The notes below the pieces were generated by a model. That model ran no database searches. It saw only the letters and a list, made by a program, of their open reading frames with translations, and was not told the origin of the DNA. DNA of 64,000 nt from the NCBI GenBank assembly GCA_963769245.1, contig CAVYKU010000002.1:165823-229822 (forward strand), written 5' to 3'. Positions 7,983-17,639 of the stretch are shown here, piece by piece (position 1 is the first letter of the stretch; the number at the start of each line of letters is the position of its first letter). This DNA comes from an uncultured Phycisphaerales bacterium. Lineage in GTDB: Bacteria; Planctomycetota; Phycisphaerae; Sedimentisphaerales; Anaerobacaceae. Position numbers and translations under genes: made by a program.

Positions 7983-8435
7983 TCAAACAACCTTTTTAAG
8001 GTCAGTCAGCTTATTAATAAGTAATTTTGAAATTTTTCTAAGCTCGCCATTGTCCGCTAACGCATTCATAGCCTCTTCGTTTTGGTTGTTTATAGCCAAA
8101 CTCAAAATTCTGGCTGCCTCGGCATGAAATTTCGCGTGGAGGTCTTTAATTTCCTTGTACAAGACAGACCCTTTCTGCTGGGCCGAGAAACCCCCATATA
8201 GCCACTTGCCAAATTCACAATTATTGTCTGCCTTGACAATTTCGGGCTTAAATTCGCTTGTTCCCTTGTCAATGGCGACTATGAGACGAATAAGCCACTG
8301 TGAATGTGTATGAATCGCCACATCTATCTTGTTCGTCTGTTCCATAAATACCATCTTTTCTTGTTTTCCAGTTTGATAACTCTGTGTTAATTTGTGATTC
8401 CCGACTTTTTTGCCAAACCAACTATAAATCATCAT
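7983..8435 (-). CDS. CZB (chemoreceptor zinc-binding) domain protein
   Basis: The pattern H..W...L...C.FGKWLYG....LH..FH (HTHSQWLIRL...NNCEFGKWLYG...IKDLHAKFHAEAA) fits CZB. The start is uncertain, with an internal Met possible. Confidence 0.7.
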   Translation of the reverse strand: MMIYSWFGKKVGNHKLTQSYQTGKQEKMVFMEQTNKIDVAIHTHSQWLIRLIVAIDKGTSEFKPEIVKADNNCEFGKWLYGGFSAQQKGSVLYKEIKDLHAKFHAEAARILSLAINNQNEEAMNALADNGELRKISKLLINKLTDLKKVV

Positions 8436-8487
8436 CTACCCGGCGTCAAATTATTTATTTATCGTTGCCTTCGGTGGAATTTGTGAC

Positions 8488-8520
8488 AAAAAAAGGCGCG
8501 GCCAAAATTAAGCCGCGCCT
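8488..8520 (-). terminator. intrinsic terminator downstream of ppdK
   Basis: The minus strand reads AGGCGCGGC-ttaattttg-GCCGCGCCT followed by TTTTTTTT. Confidence 0.7.
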
Positions 8521-8550
8521 TTACTGTACGCTGTAACTGAACGCTGAACG

Positions 8551-11271
8551 CTACTTATTCACCACCGCCTGTGCCGCCGCCAATCTTGCGATTGGTACTC
8601 TGAACGGCGAGCAGGAAACGTAATTCATCTTGACCTTGTGGCAAAATTCCACGCTTGCCGGGTCTCCGCCGTGTTCGCCGCAGATACCGATTTCGAGGTC
8701 TTTGCGTGTCTTTCTGCCTCGCTCGATGGCAATCTTAATCAGTTCGCCGACGCCGATTTGGTCGATTGATTGGAACGGGTCTCCCGGCAGTATTCCCTGC
8801 TTGAGATAATCTGGCACGAATCCGCCGATGTCGTCGCGTGAGAAGCCGAACGTCATCTGCGTAAGGTCGTTTGTGCCGAATGAAAAGAATTCCGCTTCGG
8901 TGGCGATTTGGTTGGCGACCAAAGCCGCTCTCGGTATCTCAATCATCGTGCCGAGTTTGTGGCGAATCTTCTTGAGACCCGTCCTGGCGACGACCTGTTT
9001 ATAAACCGCTCTTGCCATATCGAGCTGGTTCTTCAATTCCTTCACGTCGCAGACAACGGGAATCATAATTTCCGGATACGGCTTTTTGCCTTCCTTAATC
9101 AATTCTGCCGCCGACTCGAAAACCGCCCGAATCTGCATTTCGCTGACTTCCGGATACGTGATGCCTAAGCGCACGCCGCGATGACCCATCATAGGGTTGG
9201 TTTCGTGAATCGCCTCGGCTCTCTTCGCGAGGTCCTCAAGCGATATGTTCAGGTCTTTTGCTAGCGCTTCCTGCTTGGCCCTGTCCTGCGGGACGAATTC
9301 GTGAAGAGGGGGGTCAAGCAGACGAATCACAACGGGCAGATTATCCATCGCCGCGAGTGTCCCCTTAATCGCTTTCTTAACATACGGGAACAGCTCATCG
9401 AGCGCCTTTTGTCTTTCTGCTTTGTTCTTGGAAACAATCATCTTACGCAAAATGAACAATGGCTCATCGGAGCCCTTGCCGTAAAACATATGCTCGGTCC
9501 TGAACAGCCCGATGCCTTCCGCGCCTAATTGTTTTGCCTTCTGAGCGTCTTCGGGCGTATCCGCGTTGGTGCGGACGCCGAGTTTCCTGATACTGTCGCA
9601 AATCTTGAGGAAGCTGTTGAGCAGGACGTTTTCCGCGGTGTCATCAAGCATAGGCAGTTTGCCTTCGTAAACCGCGCCTTTTGTGCCGTTAAGCGTGAGC
9701 CAGTCGCCTTCCTTAAGGACTTTGCCTGCGATGTGCAGTTCTTTCCTGCCGTAATCGACTTCGAGTGCGCCGCAGCCGACGACGCAGCATTTGCCCCAGC
9801 CGCGAGCGACCAATGCCGCGTGCGAGGTCATACCGCCGCGAGCGGTCAAGATGCCCTGTGCGGCTCTCATACCTTCGACGTCTTCCGGGTTTGTTTCTTC
9901 ACGGACTAAAAGAACGTCCTTGCCCGACTTTTTCCAGTCAACCGCTGTTTGAGCGGAGAACACAATCTGTCCGACCGCACCGCCCGGCCCCGCGGGTAAA
10001 CCCTTCGCCATTGGCTTGCTTGCCTTTTCCGCCTTGGGGTCAATAATCGGGTGCAGCAGCTCATCTAACTGGTCGGGCGTAACTCGCATTACCGCCTCTT
10101 CCTTCTTGATGAGCTTTTCTTTTACCATATCGACTGCCATACGCACCGCCGCCGGGCCGTTGCGTTTGCCCACTCGGCACTGAAGCATCCAGAACCGCTC
10201 GCTTTCGATTGTGAATTCGATATCGAGCATATCGCGGTAATGCTTTTCGAGTTTCTTCTGCGTGGCGTACAGTTCCTTGTAAAGTTTAGGCATTCCCTTT
10301 TCGAGGGATACCAAATCCTTGTTGTGGTCGCTCTTTGAATCCTCGTTGACCGGTGCAGGCGTCCTGGTGCCCGCGACGACGTCTTCACCCTGTGCGTTTA
10401 CTAAGTATTCGCCGTAGAAGTAGTTTTCGCCGTTGCCCGGGTTGCGTGTGAACGCTACGCCCGTGGCTGATTTATCGCCCATATTGCCAAACACCATTGT
10501 CTGGACGTTCACTGCTGTGCCCCATTCATCGGGTATGCCTTCGATTTTGCGGTAGCTGATGGCTCGTTTGCCGTTCCACGAAGCGAACACTGCTGTGATG
10601 CCGCCCCAGAGTTGTGCGTTCGGGTCATCCGGGAAATCCTTGCCCAATACTTCTCTTACCCTGCTCTTGAACAGTTCGCAGAGATTCTTGAGGTCGGTGG
10701 CGTTCATATCCGTATCGGTCTTGTAGCCCTTTTGCTCTTTGAGGTGGTCCATTATCTTTTCGAGCTGCTTGCGAATCCCCTCGTCATCTTTCGGCTCAAT
10801 TCCCGCCGCCTTTTCCATCACGACGTCCGAGTACATCATTATCAGCCGCCGATACGCGTCATACACAAACCGCTCATTGCCGCTCTTGGCAATCAATCCG
10901 GGGATTGTGGATGTAGTTAATCCGACGTTCAAAACAGTTTCCATCATTCCCGGCATGGATTTGCGTGCGCCGGAGCGAACGGACATAAGAAGCGGGTCGG
11001 ATGGGTCGCCGAATTTTTTGCCCATAATTTTTTCGATTCTGCGCATCGACTCATCGACTTTTTCCTTGAGGCCCTTCGGATAGGTCTTTTTATTCTGATA
11101 GTAATAAGTGCAGACCTCAGTAGTGATTGTGAAGCCCGGCGGGACGGGTACGCCGAGATTGGCCATTTCGGCAAGATTAGCTCCTTTGCCGCCGAGGAGG
11201 TTCTTCATTTTCGCATTTCCTTCGCCCTTGCCGCCGCCGAAGAAATACACCATTTTGTTCGCCATTATCAT
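8551..11271 (-). CDS. ppdK: pyruvate, phosphate dikinase
   Basis: 906 aa. The catalytic His loop GGMTSHAALVARGWGKCCVVG, the N-terminal ATP-grasp pattern and the C-terminal PEP-utilising domain are all present. The start is probably ATG at 11265 (MANKMVYFF), which has better RBS spacing. Confidence 0.95.
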   Translation of the reverse strand: MIMANKMVYFFGGGKGEGNAKMKNLLGGKGANLAEMANLGVPVPPGFTITTEVCTYYYQNKKTYPKGLKEKVDESMRRIEKIMGKKFGDPSDPLLMSVRSGARKSMPGMMETVLNVGLTTSTIPGLIAKSGNERFVYDAYRRLIMMYSDVVMEKAAGIEPKDDEGIRKQLEKIMDHLKEQKGYKTDTDMNATDLKNLCELFKSRVREVLGKDFPDDPNAQLWGGITAVFASWNGKRAISYRKIEGIPDEWGTAVNVQTMVFGNMGDKSATGVAFTRNPGNGENYFYGEYLVNAQGEDVVAGTRTPAPVNEDSKSDHNKDLVSLEKGMPKLYKELYATQKKLEKHYRDMLDIEFTIESERFWMLQCRVGKRNGPAAVRMAVDMVKEKLIKKEEAVMRVTPDQLDELLHPIIDPKAEKASKPMAKGLPAGPGGAVGQIVFSAQTAVDWKKSGKDVLLVREETNPEDVEGMRAAQGILTARGGMTSHAALVARGWGKCCVVGCGALEVDYGRKELHIAGKVLKEGDWLTLNGTKGAVYEGKLPMLDDTAENVLLNSFLKICDSIRKLGVRTNADTPEDAQKAKQLGAEGIGLFRTEHMFYGKGSDEPLFILRKMIVSKNKAERQKALDELFPYVKKAIKGTLAAMDNLPVVIRLLDPPLHEFVPQDRAKQEALAKDLNISLEDLAKRAEAIHETNPMMGHRGVRLGITYPEVSEMQIRAVFESAAELIKEGKKPYPEIMIPVVCDVKELKNQLDMARAVYKQVVARTGLKKIRHKLGTMIEIPRAALVANQIATEAEFFSFGTNDLTQMTFGFSRDDIGGFVPDYLKQGILPGDPFQSIDQIGVGELIKIAIERGRKTRKDLEIGICGEHGGDPASVEFCHKVKMNYVSCSPFRVPIARLAAAQAVVNK

Positions 11272-11574
11272 TTTCTCCTTTTAATAAATTCACCGCATAC
11301 CCGCATATAAGCGGAATTATGCCCTTTTACAGGGAAGTTTACGATTCAAAACAAAGTTTGGAATGATACCTTTTTCGGCCTTTGGCGTCAAGGGCGGAAA
11401 ATGGGCAATTTTGCCGAAATTGGCCGAAAGAAATTAATAAGACGCGGATTTTTATGACCCTCCTTCGTTCTGCGAGCTACAGAGGGTAAACCCCCAGGCA
11501 GGCCCGCCACACAAACGGCGGGTAAACCTGAGGGCTAAACGAGCCGATAGCGAAAATGCGAATTTTAGTCAGGT

Positions 11575-12357
11575 TCAGAATATTTCTTTGAAGAAATCTT
11601 TCATAGCCAGCCAGGAGCGCATATCGGCTTGTTTGTTATAGGCGGCGCCTTTGGAGGGGTCGCTGCCATTATCGGGGTTTGTAAAGCCGTGGACGGCGTT
11701 GGCGAAGATAATCAATTGCCAGTCAACTTTCGTATTACGCATCTGGCTCCAGAAGGCGGTAACCTGTTCCTGCTGGACATAAGGGTCGTCAGCGCCGTGG
11801 CAAACGAGCACTTTGGCCTTGATATTGTTCGCGTCGGCGGGGTTCGGCGTGTCGAGATTGCCGTGAAAACTGACTACGCCTTTCAAATCCGCTCCGCTGC
11901 GAGCCATTTCAAGGACAACGCCGCCGCCGAAACAATAGCCGATAGCGGCTATTTTGTCGGGGTCAACAAATTGGTATTTTTTGACCTGCTCAAGGCCTGC
12001 CAGCGCCCGTCGGCGCATCAGTTGCCTATCGGCGCGGTAAATAGCTGCCTGTTTTGCGGCTTCATATGTGTTGGCGGGGCGGACGCCTTTGCCGTAAATA
12101 TCGATGGCGAAGGCAACGTAGCCGAGGGCGGCCAACTGCTCGGCCCTGCTTTTAACATAGGGACCGACGCCTGTCCATTCGTGCACGATTAAAACGGCGG
12201 GCAGTTTTCCTTTGAGGGCGTCATCGTAGGCAAGGTAACCTTCGAGAACGGTATCGCCGTCTTTGTATTCGACGGTCTGGGTTTTGACGGCGGCACGGGC
12301 ATTATTTGGCCAGATTACCGCCAGCATCACTAACAGGATGTAAGGTAACGCTTTCAT
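11575..12357 (-). CDS. dienelactone hydrolase family protein (secreted)
   Basis: DLH-like pattern HEWTG...IGYCFGG...HG..D, with a signal peptide MKALPYILLVMLAVIWPNNARA. AGGAGG lies 9 nt upstream of ATG 12357. The track ORF starts at 12384. Confidence 0.85.
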   Translation of the reverse strand: MKALPYILLVMLAVIWPNNARAAVKTQTVEYKDGDTVLEGYLAYDDALKGKLPAVLIVHEWTGVGPYVKSRAEQLAALGYVAFAIDIYGKGVRPANTYEAAKQAAIYRADRQLMRRRALAGLEQVKKYQFVDPDKIAAIGYCFGGGVVLEMARSGADLKGVVSFHGNLDTPNPADANNIKAKVLVCHGADDPYVQQEQVTAFWSQMRNTKVDWQLIIFANAVHGFTNPDNGSDPSKGAAYNKQADMRSWLAMKDFFKEIF

Positions 12358-12572
12358 TTCGATAGACCTCCTAAAAACAGGCATTATTTCAATCTCGCTA
12401 TTTTGAGCCGCTTTCTTTGGGGAAGTATATCCCTGCCGGCAGGGCGAGACAAGGATTTTTCAGCCATCAAGACCACAGACGCCAGACCAAAGACGGAGGA
12501 CTGAATTGAATGTCCAATATCGAATATCCAATGCCCAATATCAAAGTAAAGCCTGCCACAGGCGGGAACCGC

Positions 12573-12600
12573 TTGAAAAGGGTGTTTAAAAGGGTATAAT
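12573..12600 (+). promoter_or_regulatory. putative sigma-70 promoter (TTGAAA-16 nt-TATAAT) for the rhomboid gene
   Basis: TTGAAA at 12573-12578 and TATAAT at 12595-12600. Confidence 0.45.
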
Positions 12601-12695
12601 AAAGTGAGCTTTGGCGGGGAGGGAACCCGGCTTTGCCTAAGGGCTACGCCGTGGCAAGCGATGGGGAGCATAATGGGTCATATTAAGACAGGCGG

Positions 12696-13898
12696 TTGTC
12701 GGGAGGCGACGGATTGATAATACCAGTGCGAGTTGATGTTCCGCAGGACCGGTATCCGGTTGTGAACTGGCTGATAATTGCAGGCGCAATCGCGGTATTT
12801 GTCTGGCAGACATTAAGTATCCACGAACGCAGGGAACAGATGCCCGGTATGATGAAAAAGTACGAGAATGTATCGGTCGAGGAGATGGCAAAAGAATTCG
12901 GAGTGAAGGAGAAGGATCTTAACGATATTGAAAAAACAGTAGAAAAAGCCCCCCTCGACGTCGTTGACATTGAAGATATAACCGGCCTTGTGAAGTACAA
13001 GCCGGAGCAATTAAAGGAGATACTCGTTAAGCGGGTAATATTAGAGCGGTATTATGTGTGGGGGAAGATAAGGCCGTATATTTTGAACGGATTTACATTA
13101 AAAGGATTATTCGGGCATATGTGGCTGCACGGGGGTGTTTTTCACATTTTGGGTAATATGCTTTTTTTGTGGATATTCGGTAATGCCATCTGCGCAAAAA
13201 TCGGCAATCTTCGTTATATACTTGCTTATACGGGCTTGGGCCTTCTTGCGGGCATTTCTCACCTGGTATTTGCGGGCGGCAGTGTGATTGGGGCCAGCGG
13301 TGCGATAAACGGTATCGTGGGGATGTTTCTGGTTTTCTTTCCACAAAACGAAATAACCTGTTATTTAATCATTTTTGTAAAACCCAGACAATTCAACTTG
13401 AGTAGCGCGTGGATGATATTATTCTGGCTGGCGTTCGATATCTGGGGGGCGATGAGCGGCGGGGGGCAGGTGGCGTATTTTGCGCACCTCGGAGGTTTCG
13501 CGGGCGGCGTTGTTCTGGCGAGTTTGATGCTGAAATTCAAGATGGTGACAATGGAACGATATGAGAAATCGCTTTTTCAGGTAATCGAAGAATACAGGCA
13601 TCCGTCGCCAATTGAGGAGCCCTCAGCGGGATATTCTAATTATCTAAACGCGACGGCAAATCAGCAAGAGGAGCTGCCGCTTGCTCCCATACCGCCGATT
13701 CCGTTTGAGCCTAAGACCATATCAATCGACCCTGTTGAGAAGCCGGAAACGATACCATTAGAGCCGCAAAAGCCCAAAGACGACTTTATACGGTTCGCCT
13801 GTTCGTGCGGCAAACGACTCAAGATGCCGGCAAAATACGCGGGCAAGACAGGTAAATGCCCGCAGTGCAACGCCCGATTGAAAATACCGGAGAAGTGA
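12696..13898 (+). CDS. rhomboid family intramembrane serine protease with a C-terminal zinc-ribbon-like tail
   Basis: Carries GASGAINGIVG (the GxSG catalytic Ser), HLGGFAGG (catalytic His) and HMWLHGG..H. The C-terminus CSCGKRLKMPAKYAGKTGKCPQCNARLKIP has four Cys. The start is uncertain: TTG at 12696, or TTG at 12714 with GGAGG 7 nt upstream. Confidence 0.85.
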   Translation: MSGGDGLIIPVRVDVPQDRYPVVNWLIIAGAIAVFVWQTLSIHERREQMPGMMKKYENVSVEEMAKEFGVKEKDLNDIEKTVEKAPLDVVDIEDITGLVKYKPEQLKEILVKRVILERYYVWGKIRPYILNGFTLKGLFGHMWLHGGVFHILGNMLFLWIFGNAICAKIGNLRYILAYTGLGLLAGISHLVFAGGSVIGASGAINGIVGMFLVFFPQNEITCYLIIFVKPRQFNLSSAWMILFWLAFDIWGAMSGGGQVAYFAHLGGFAGGVVLASLMLKFKMVTMERYEKSLFQVIEEYRHPSPIEEPSAGYSNYLNATANQQEELPLAPIPPIPFEPKTISIDPVEKPETIPLEPQKPKDDFIRFACSCGKRLKMPAKYAGKTGKCPQCNARLKIPEK

Positions 13899-14044
13899 AG
13901 TTCGATTGCGGATTGTAGATTGCGGCCCGCCTTCGTTAAAACTACGGCGGGTAAAATTGCGGATTCGTAAAAAACTTGCTTTTATTTTGCTGTTTTGTGT
14001 TATACATTAGCAAGTGGTTACGATACTAGAGAAAGGGCATATCT

Positions 14045-15646
14045 ATGTACATAAAGAGAATCAAAATAGAAGGATTTAAGACTTTTCGCAAGTTCAGATT
14101 AGATTTAAACAAGCATCTCAACATCATTGTGGGCGATAATGAAACGGGGAAAACCACCTTACTGGAAGCGATCAACCTTGTTCTTTCCTGTCAGCTCGAC
14201 GGTCGTAACATTCAATATGAACTCAATCCATATATTTTTAATATCGATATGATTAAGGACTATTTTAATGCACTCGGAAGTGGTGAACATCCATCTCCTC
14301 CGCAGATACTTATAGAAGCATATCTTGATGATGAAAGTAGCAATGAATTAGCTAAGTTGAGAGGTCAAAATAACTCTGACAGAGATAACTGTCCTGGGAT
14401 ATACTTGAAGATAGAGTTAGATGAGGACCACACTGACGATTTTAGGAAGTATATCAGTACATCTGAAAAATCAGACATTCTGCCGATAGAGTACTACAAA
14501 ATTACGTGGCTTTCTTTCGCAGATAATCCAGTGCCAAGAAACTCGCCATTTCGCGCGAAAATAATAGATACGAGTCTTGTTAGGGGGTATTTGGGTCCGA
14601 ACAAATATCTCTCAAGAATTATCAGCGATATCTTGGAAGATAAGGATCGGCATTTGCTTTCCATAGCATATAGGAAGCTAAAAAAAGCGTTCATAGAAGA
14701 GACCGGTATAAAAGCAATAAACGAACATCTTGAAAAAAAGAAAGGAGATGTTACTAACAAAAATCTCACTGTATCGATGGACATGTCTACACGTTCGACA
14801 TGGGAAAGTAGTATAACAGCACACTTGAATGACATTCCTTTCGATAATGTTGGGAAGGGAGAGCAATGCCGTGTTCAAATGAAACTCGCTATAGAAGCCG
14901 CTGGGGATTCAAACGTACTTCTGATCGAAGAACCTGAAAATCATCTGTCGCACTCAAACATGTCTAGATTAATAGGAGAAATAACACAAAAAAAAGATGA
15001 AAGACAAATTGTCATCGCAACACATAGCAATTTTGTTCTTAATAAGCTCGGTATAAACAATCTCAAACTTTTATCTTCAAATGCTAATCCTATGTCGTTG
15101 GCAGATTTGTTACCAGATACTAAAGATTACTTTATGAAGCTCCCCGGATATAATACCTTAAGATTAATCCTCTCATCCAAGACCATTCTTGTAGAGGGAC
15201 CATCCGACGAATTAATTGTTCAGAAAGCCTATAAGAAAAAATATGGTAAATTGCCGTTAGAAGATGGTGTTGATGTGATATCAGTCGGGATGTCTTTCAA
15301 AAGATTCCTCGAAATCGGGAAACTTTTGAAACTGAATATTCGAGTAGTTACAGACAATGATGGGGATGTTAAAGCACTTAAAAAGAAGTATGAGGATTAT
15401 CTGGATGGTAAGGTGGAAAACATAAAAATATTCTACGATGACGATCAAACATGCAAATCATTGGAGCCACAGTTATTAAAGGCAAATTCATTAGAAGTTC
15501 TGAACAAAGTGCTGGTTACAGCTTATACAAGCAAAGAAGACCTTCTTATCTATATGAGTGAAAACAAAACGGACTCTGCTCTTAAAGTGTTCGACTATAG
15601 GGAAAAGTTAAATTTCCCGGAATACATCAACAATGCAATCCAATAG
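14045..15646 (+). CDS. OLD-family ATP-dependent endonuclease (ABC-type ATPase plus Toprim), GajA-like
   Basis: The N-terminus MYIKRIKIEGFKTFRKF...IIVGDNETGKTTLLEAI holds the Walker A. Walker B is VLLIEEPENHLS and the H-loop is ATHS. Toprim residues are ILVEGPSDE and VVTDNDGD. The gene is AT-rich. Confidence 0.85.
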   Translation: MYIKRIKIEGFKTFRKFRLDLNKHLNIIVGDNETGKTTLLEAINLVLSCQLDGRNIQYELNPYIFNIDMIKDYFNALGSGEHPSPPQILIEAYLDDESSNELAKLRGQNNSDRDNCPGIYLKIELDEDHTDDFRKYISTSEKSDILPIEYYKITWLSFADNPVPRNSPFRAKIIDTSLVRGYLGPNKYLSRIISDILEDKDRHLLSIAYRKLKKAFIEETGIKAINEHLEKKKGDVTNKNLTVSMDMSTRSTWESSITAHLNDIPFDNVGKGEQCRVQMKLAIEAAGDSNVLLIEEPENHLSHSNMSRLIGEITQKKDERQIVIATHSNFVLNKLGINNLKLLSSNANPMSLADLLPDTKDYFMKLPGYNTLRLILSSKTILVEGPSDELIVQKAYKKKYGKLPLEDGVDVISVGMSFKRFLEIGKLLKLNIRVVTDNDGDVKALKKKYEDYLDGKVENIKIFYDDDQTCKSLEPQLLKANSLEVLNKVLVTAYTSKEDLLIYMSENKTDSALKVFDYREKLNFPEYINNAIQ

Positions 15647-16724
15647 AAACAGAATAGTCATAGCTTCTGCTGGTTCTGGCAAGACAACATTCTTAGTTGA
15701 TGAAGCATTGACTAAACCAGACAAAAAGATTGCAATCCTTACATATACCAATAATAACATTAACGAGATCAAGAAGAAGTTCTACGAAAAACATGGAGGA
15801 ATTCCCAAAGGCGTAGATGTTATGACATGGTTTTCCTTTCTGCTCCACGAGTGCGTCAGGCCGTATCAAAGTTCAGTGTATCCATCGCGAAGAGTGAAAA
15901 ATATTTTCTTTACTAACGAACGTTCAGCAAAAGGAGTGCCTTATTTAAAGACTGGATGTTACTATTTCCGGGATGGCGACGAGATATACTCAGATAAGAT
16001 TTCGCGTTTTATTATCGATTGCGAAACGAATTCTAATGGACTTGTGACAAATAGATTAGCCGATATATATGATGAGATTTTCATTGATGAATTCCAAGAC
16101 TTGTCTGGGTGGGATCTAGACCTATTGGAGGTTTTCCTGAAAGATAGGATTCATATTATAATATCTGGTGATCCTAGGCAATGTACTTATAGAACGAATA
16201 ACGCAGCAAAAAATAGCGGATACCACGGCATAAATATTCTTGATTTGTTTTGTCAGTGGGAAAAGAATAATCTTTGCCAAACTGAGAATCATGCGATAAG
16301 CCACAGATGCAACCAAAAGATATGTGATTTTGCCGATCTGCTGTGGCCTAATATGGAGAAAACTCAATCCCTCAACAATACAACAACAAAACATGATGGG
16401 ATTTTCGTGGTATCTAAAGATAATATTATAGAGTACGTTAAACGTTACAAGCCTACTCTTCTTAGATATAACATAAATACCAGAGAAACTTATGGTTGTC
16501 CTGTGTTGAATTTCGGAGATGCTAAAGGATTGGAATTTAATAGAGTTCTGATTATTCCACATGGCCCAATAAAAAATTATCTTAAAAGTGGTAATGTGAA
16601 TGATGTCAGGGGGTCTCTTGAAAAGTTTTATGTCGCTGTTACAAGGGCTAAACATAGTGTTGCTTTCCTGTATGATGGAAAATGCAGTATAGGTTGTATT
16701 GAGTGGAAACCTACGGCAGATTAA
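15633..16724 (+). CDS. compact UvrD/Rep-like SF1 helicase, GajB-like
   Basis: Motif I ASAGSGKTT, Ia TYTNNNINEI, II IDEFQD, III SGDPRQ, V-like GDAKGLEFNRV and VI VAVTRAKHS are all present. It overlaps the upstream gene by 14 nt. Confidence 0.8.
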   Translation: MQSNRNRIVIASAGSGKTTFLVDEALTKPDKKIAILTYTNNNINEIKKKFYEKHGGIPKGVDVMTWFSFLLHECVRPYQSSVYPSRRVKNIFFTNERSAKGVPYLKTGCYYFRDGDEIYSDKISRFIIDCETNSNGLVTNRLADIYDEIFIDEFQDLSGWDLDLLEVFLKDRIHIIISGDPRQCTYRTNNAAKNSGYHGINILDLFCQWEKNNLCQTENHAISHRCNQKICDFADLLWPNMEKTQSLNNTTTKHDGIFVVSKDNIIEYVKRYKPTLLRYNINTRETYGCPVLNFGDAKGLEFNRVLIIPHGPIKNYLKSGNVNDVRGSLEKFYVAVTRAKHSVAFLYDGKCSIGCIEWKPTAD

Positions 16725-17066
16725 TAATAAGTTCAATCGTTTTTCCCTGTCCCTCGCTTCGCGTTCACACGTAGCGTAGCGCAGGGCCTACTTCAGAAAT
16801 TAACTCCGGCCTTTTCCTCATCCCCAATCAGCAATCGACAATCATAAATGAATGTAATCTGTGTTATTTGCCCGGCTCGTTAGTGAAGGCCAAAAGCCTT
16901 CGCGAACAAGGCGAAAGGGTATCGCAGATGCTCGTATCGAGAATACCCTTAGCTGAAGTACGCCAAGCCGAGCAAATACAGTGTAAATCCGTGTCTAAAA
17001 AAAACTCTGTGTACCCTGTGCCCTCTGTGGCTGACAAAAATCCGTCTAATCCGTGTGAATCCGTGG

Positions 17067-17639
17067 TTATGGGAAGTTGAGTCGCGCAAACTCCCCATGA
17101 TATTTCCGTGCGGCCTCATCGTATGCCTTAGCGGCTTCAATTTCCGAGTCGAATCTGCCGAGCCATATGTGTTTGCCGTTGTGGACGATTTGTACCACCC
17201 ATACCTTACTGTTCTTATGAAAAGAAACGCCGATAAATTGTGAAGAAGTGTTCTTTCTCTTTCGCCTGTTTTGCATATTCTGGGCTGGTGTTGCTAATCG
17301 CAAATTCTCTCTTCGATTATCGAGTGTATCGCAATTGTGATGGTCAACGAGAAGGCCGGCAGGGGGTTTCATAATCTCCCTGTGCAGTCGCACAAGCTTT
17401 GTCTTCCCGTGTTTTGTTAAAATGTTTCTGACGGCGTAGAACTGTTCGCCTCTCCCGTTTATGCACCAGTGAAAATTATTGACCCAGTAGAAATCCTGTT
17501 GGTCAACAAGTGCATATTTACCTTCGCCTAACGGAATTTTGCGAAATGGATGGCCATATTTTAGCTTGCGATAAAGTAGCAGCGGCAAAACGCAGATTTT
17601 GTCTAACCAGTTCGGAACCTTGATTTGAATAGCAGTCAT
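17067..17639 (-). CDS. HNH endonuclease fused to an AP2/ERF-type DNA-binding domain
   Basis: HNH_3-like [22 protein letters not shown] is followed by the AP2 pattern [55 protein letters not shown]. The start is probably ATG 17639, preceded by GGAGAGG. The track ORF starts at 17672. Confidence 0.8.
   Translation of the reverse strand: MTAIQIKVPNWLDKICVLPLLLYRKLKYGHPFRKIPLGEGKYALVDQQDFYWVNNFHWCINGRGEQFYAVRNILTKHGKTKLVRLHREIMKPPAGLLVDHHNCDTLDNRRENLRLATPAQNMQNRRKRKNTSSQFIGVSFHKNSKVWVVQIVHNGKHIWLGRFDSEIEAAKAYDEAARKYHGEFARLNFP

Noticed and set aside
16122-16736. 204-aa ORF on the minus strand inside the helicase gene
   Set aside because: AT-rich DNA gives long open shadow frames. The plus-strand frame carries all the SF1 helicase motifs.
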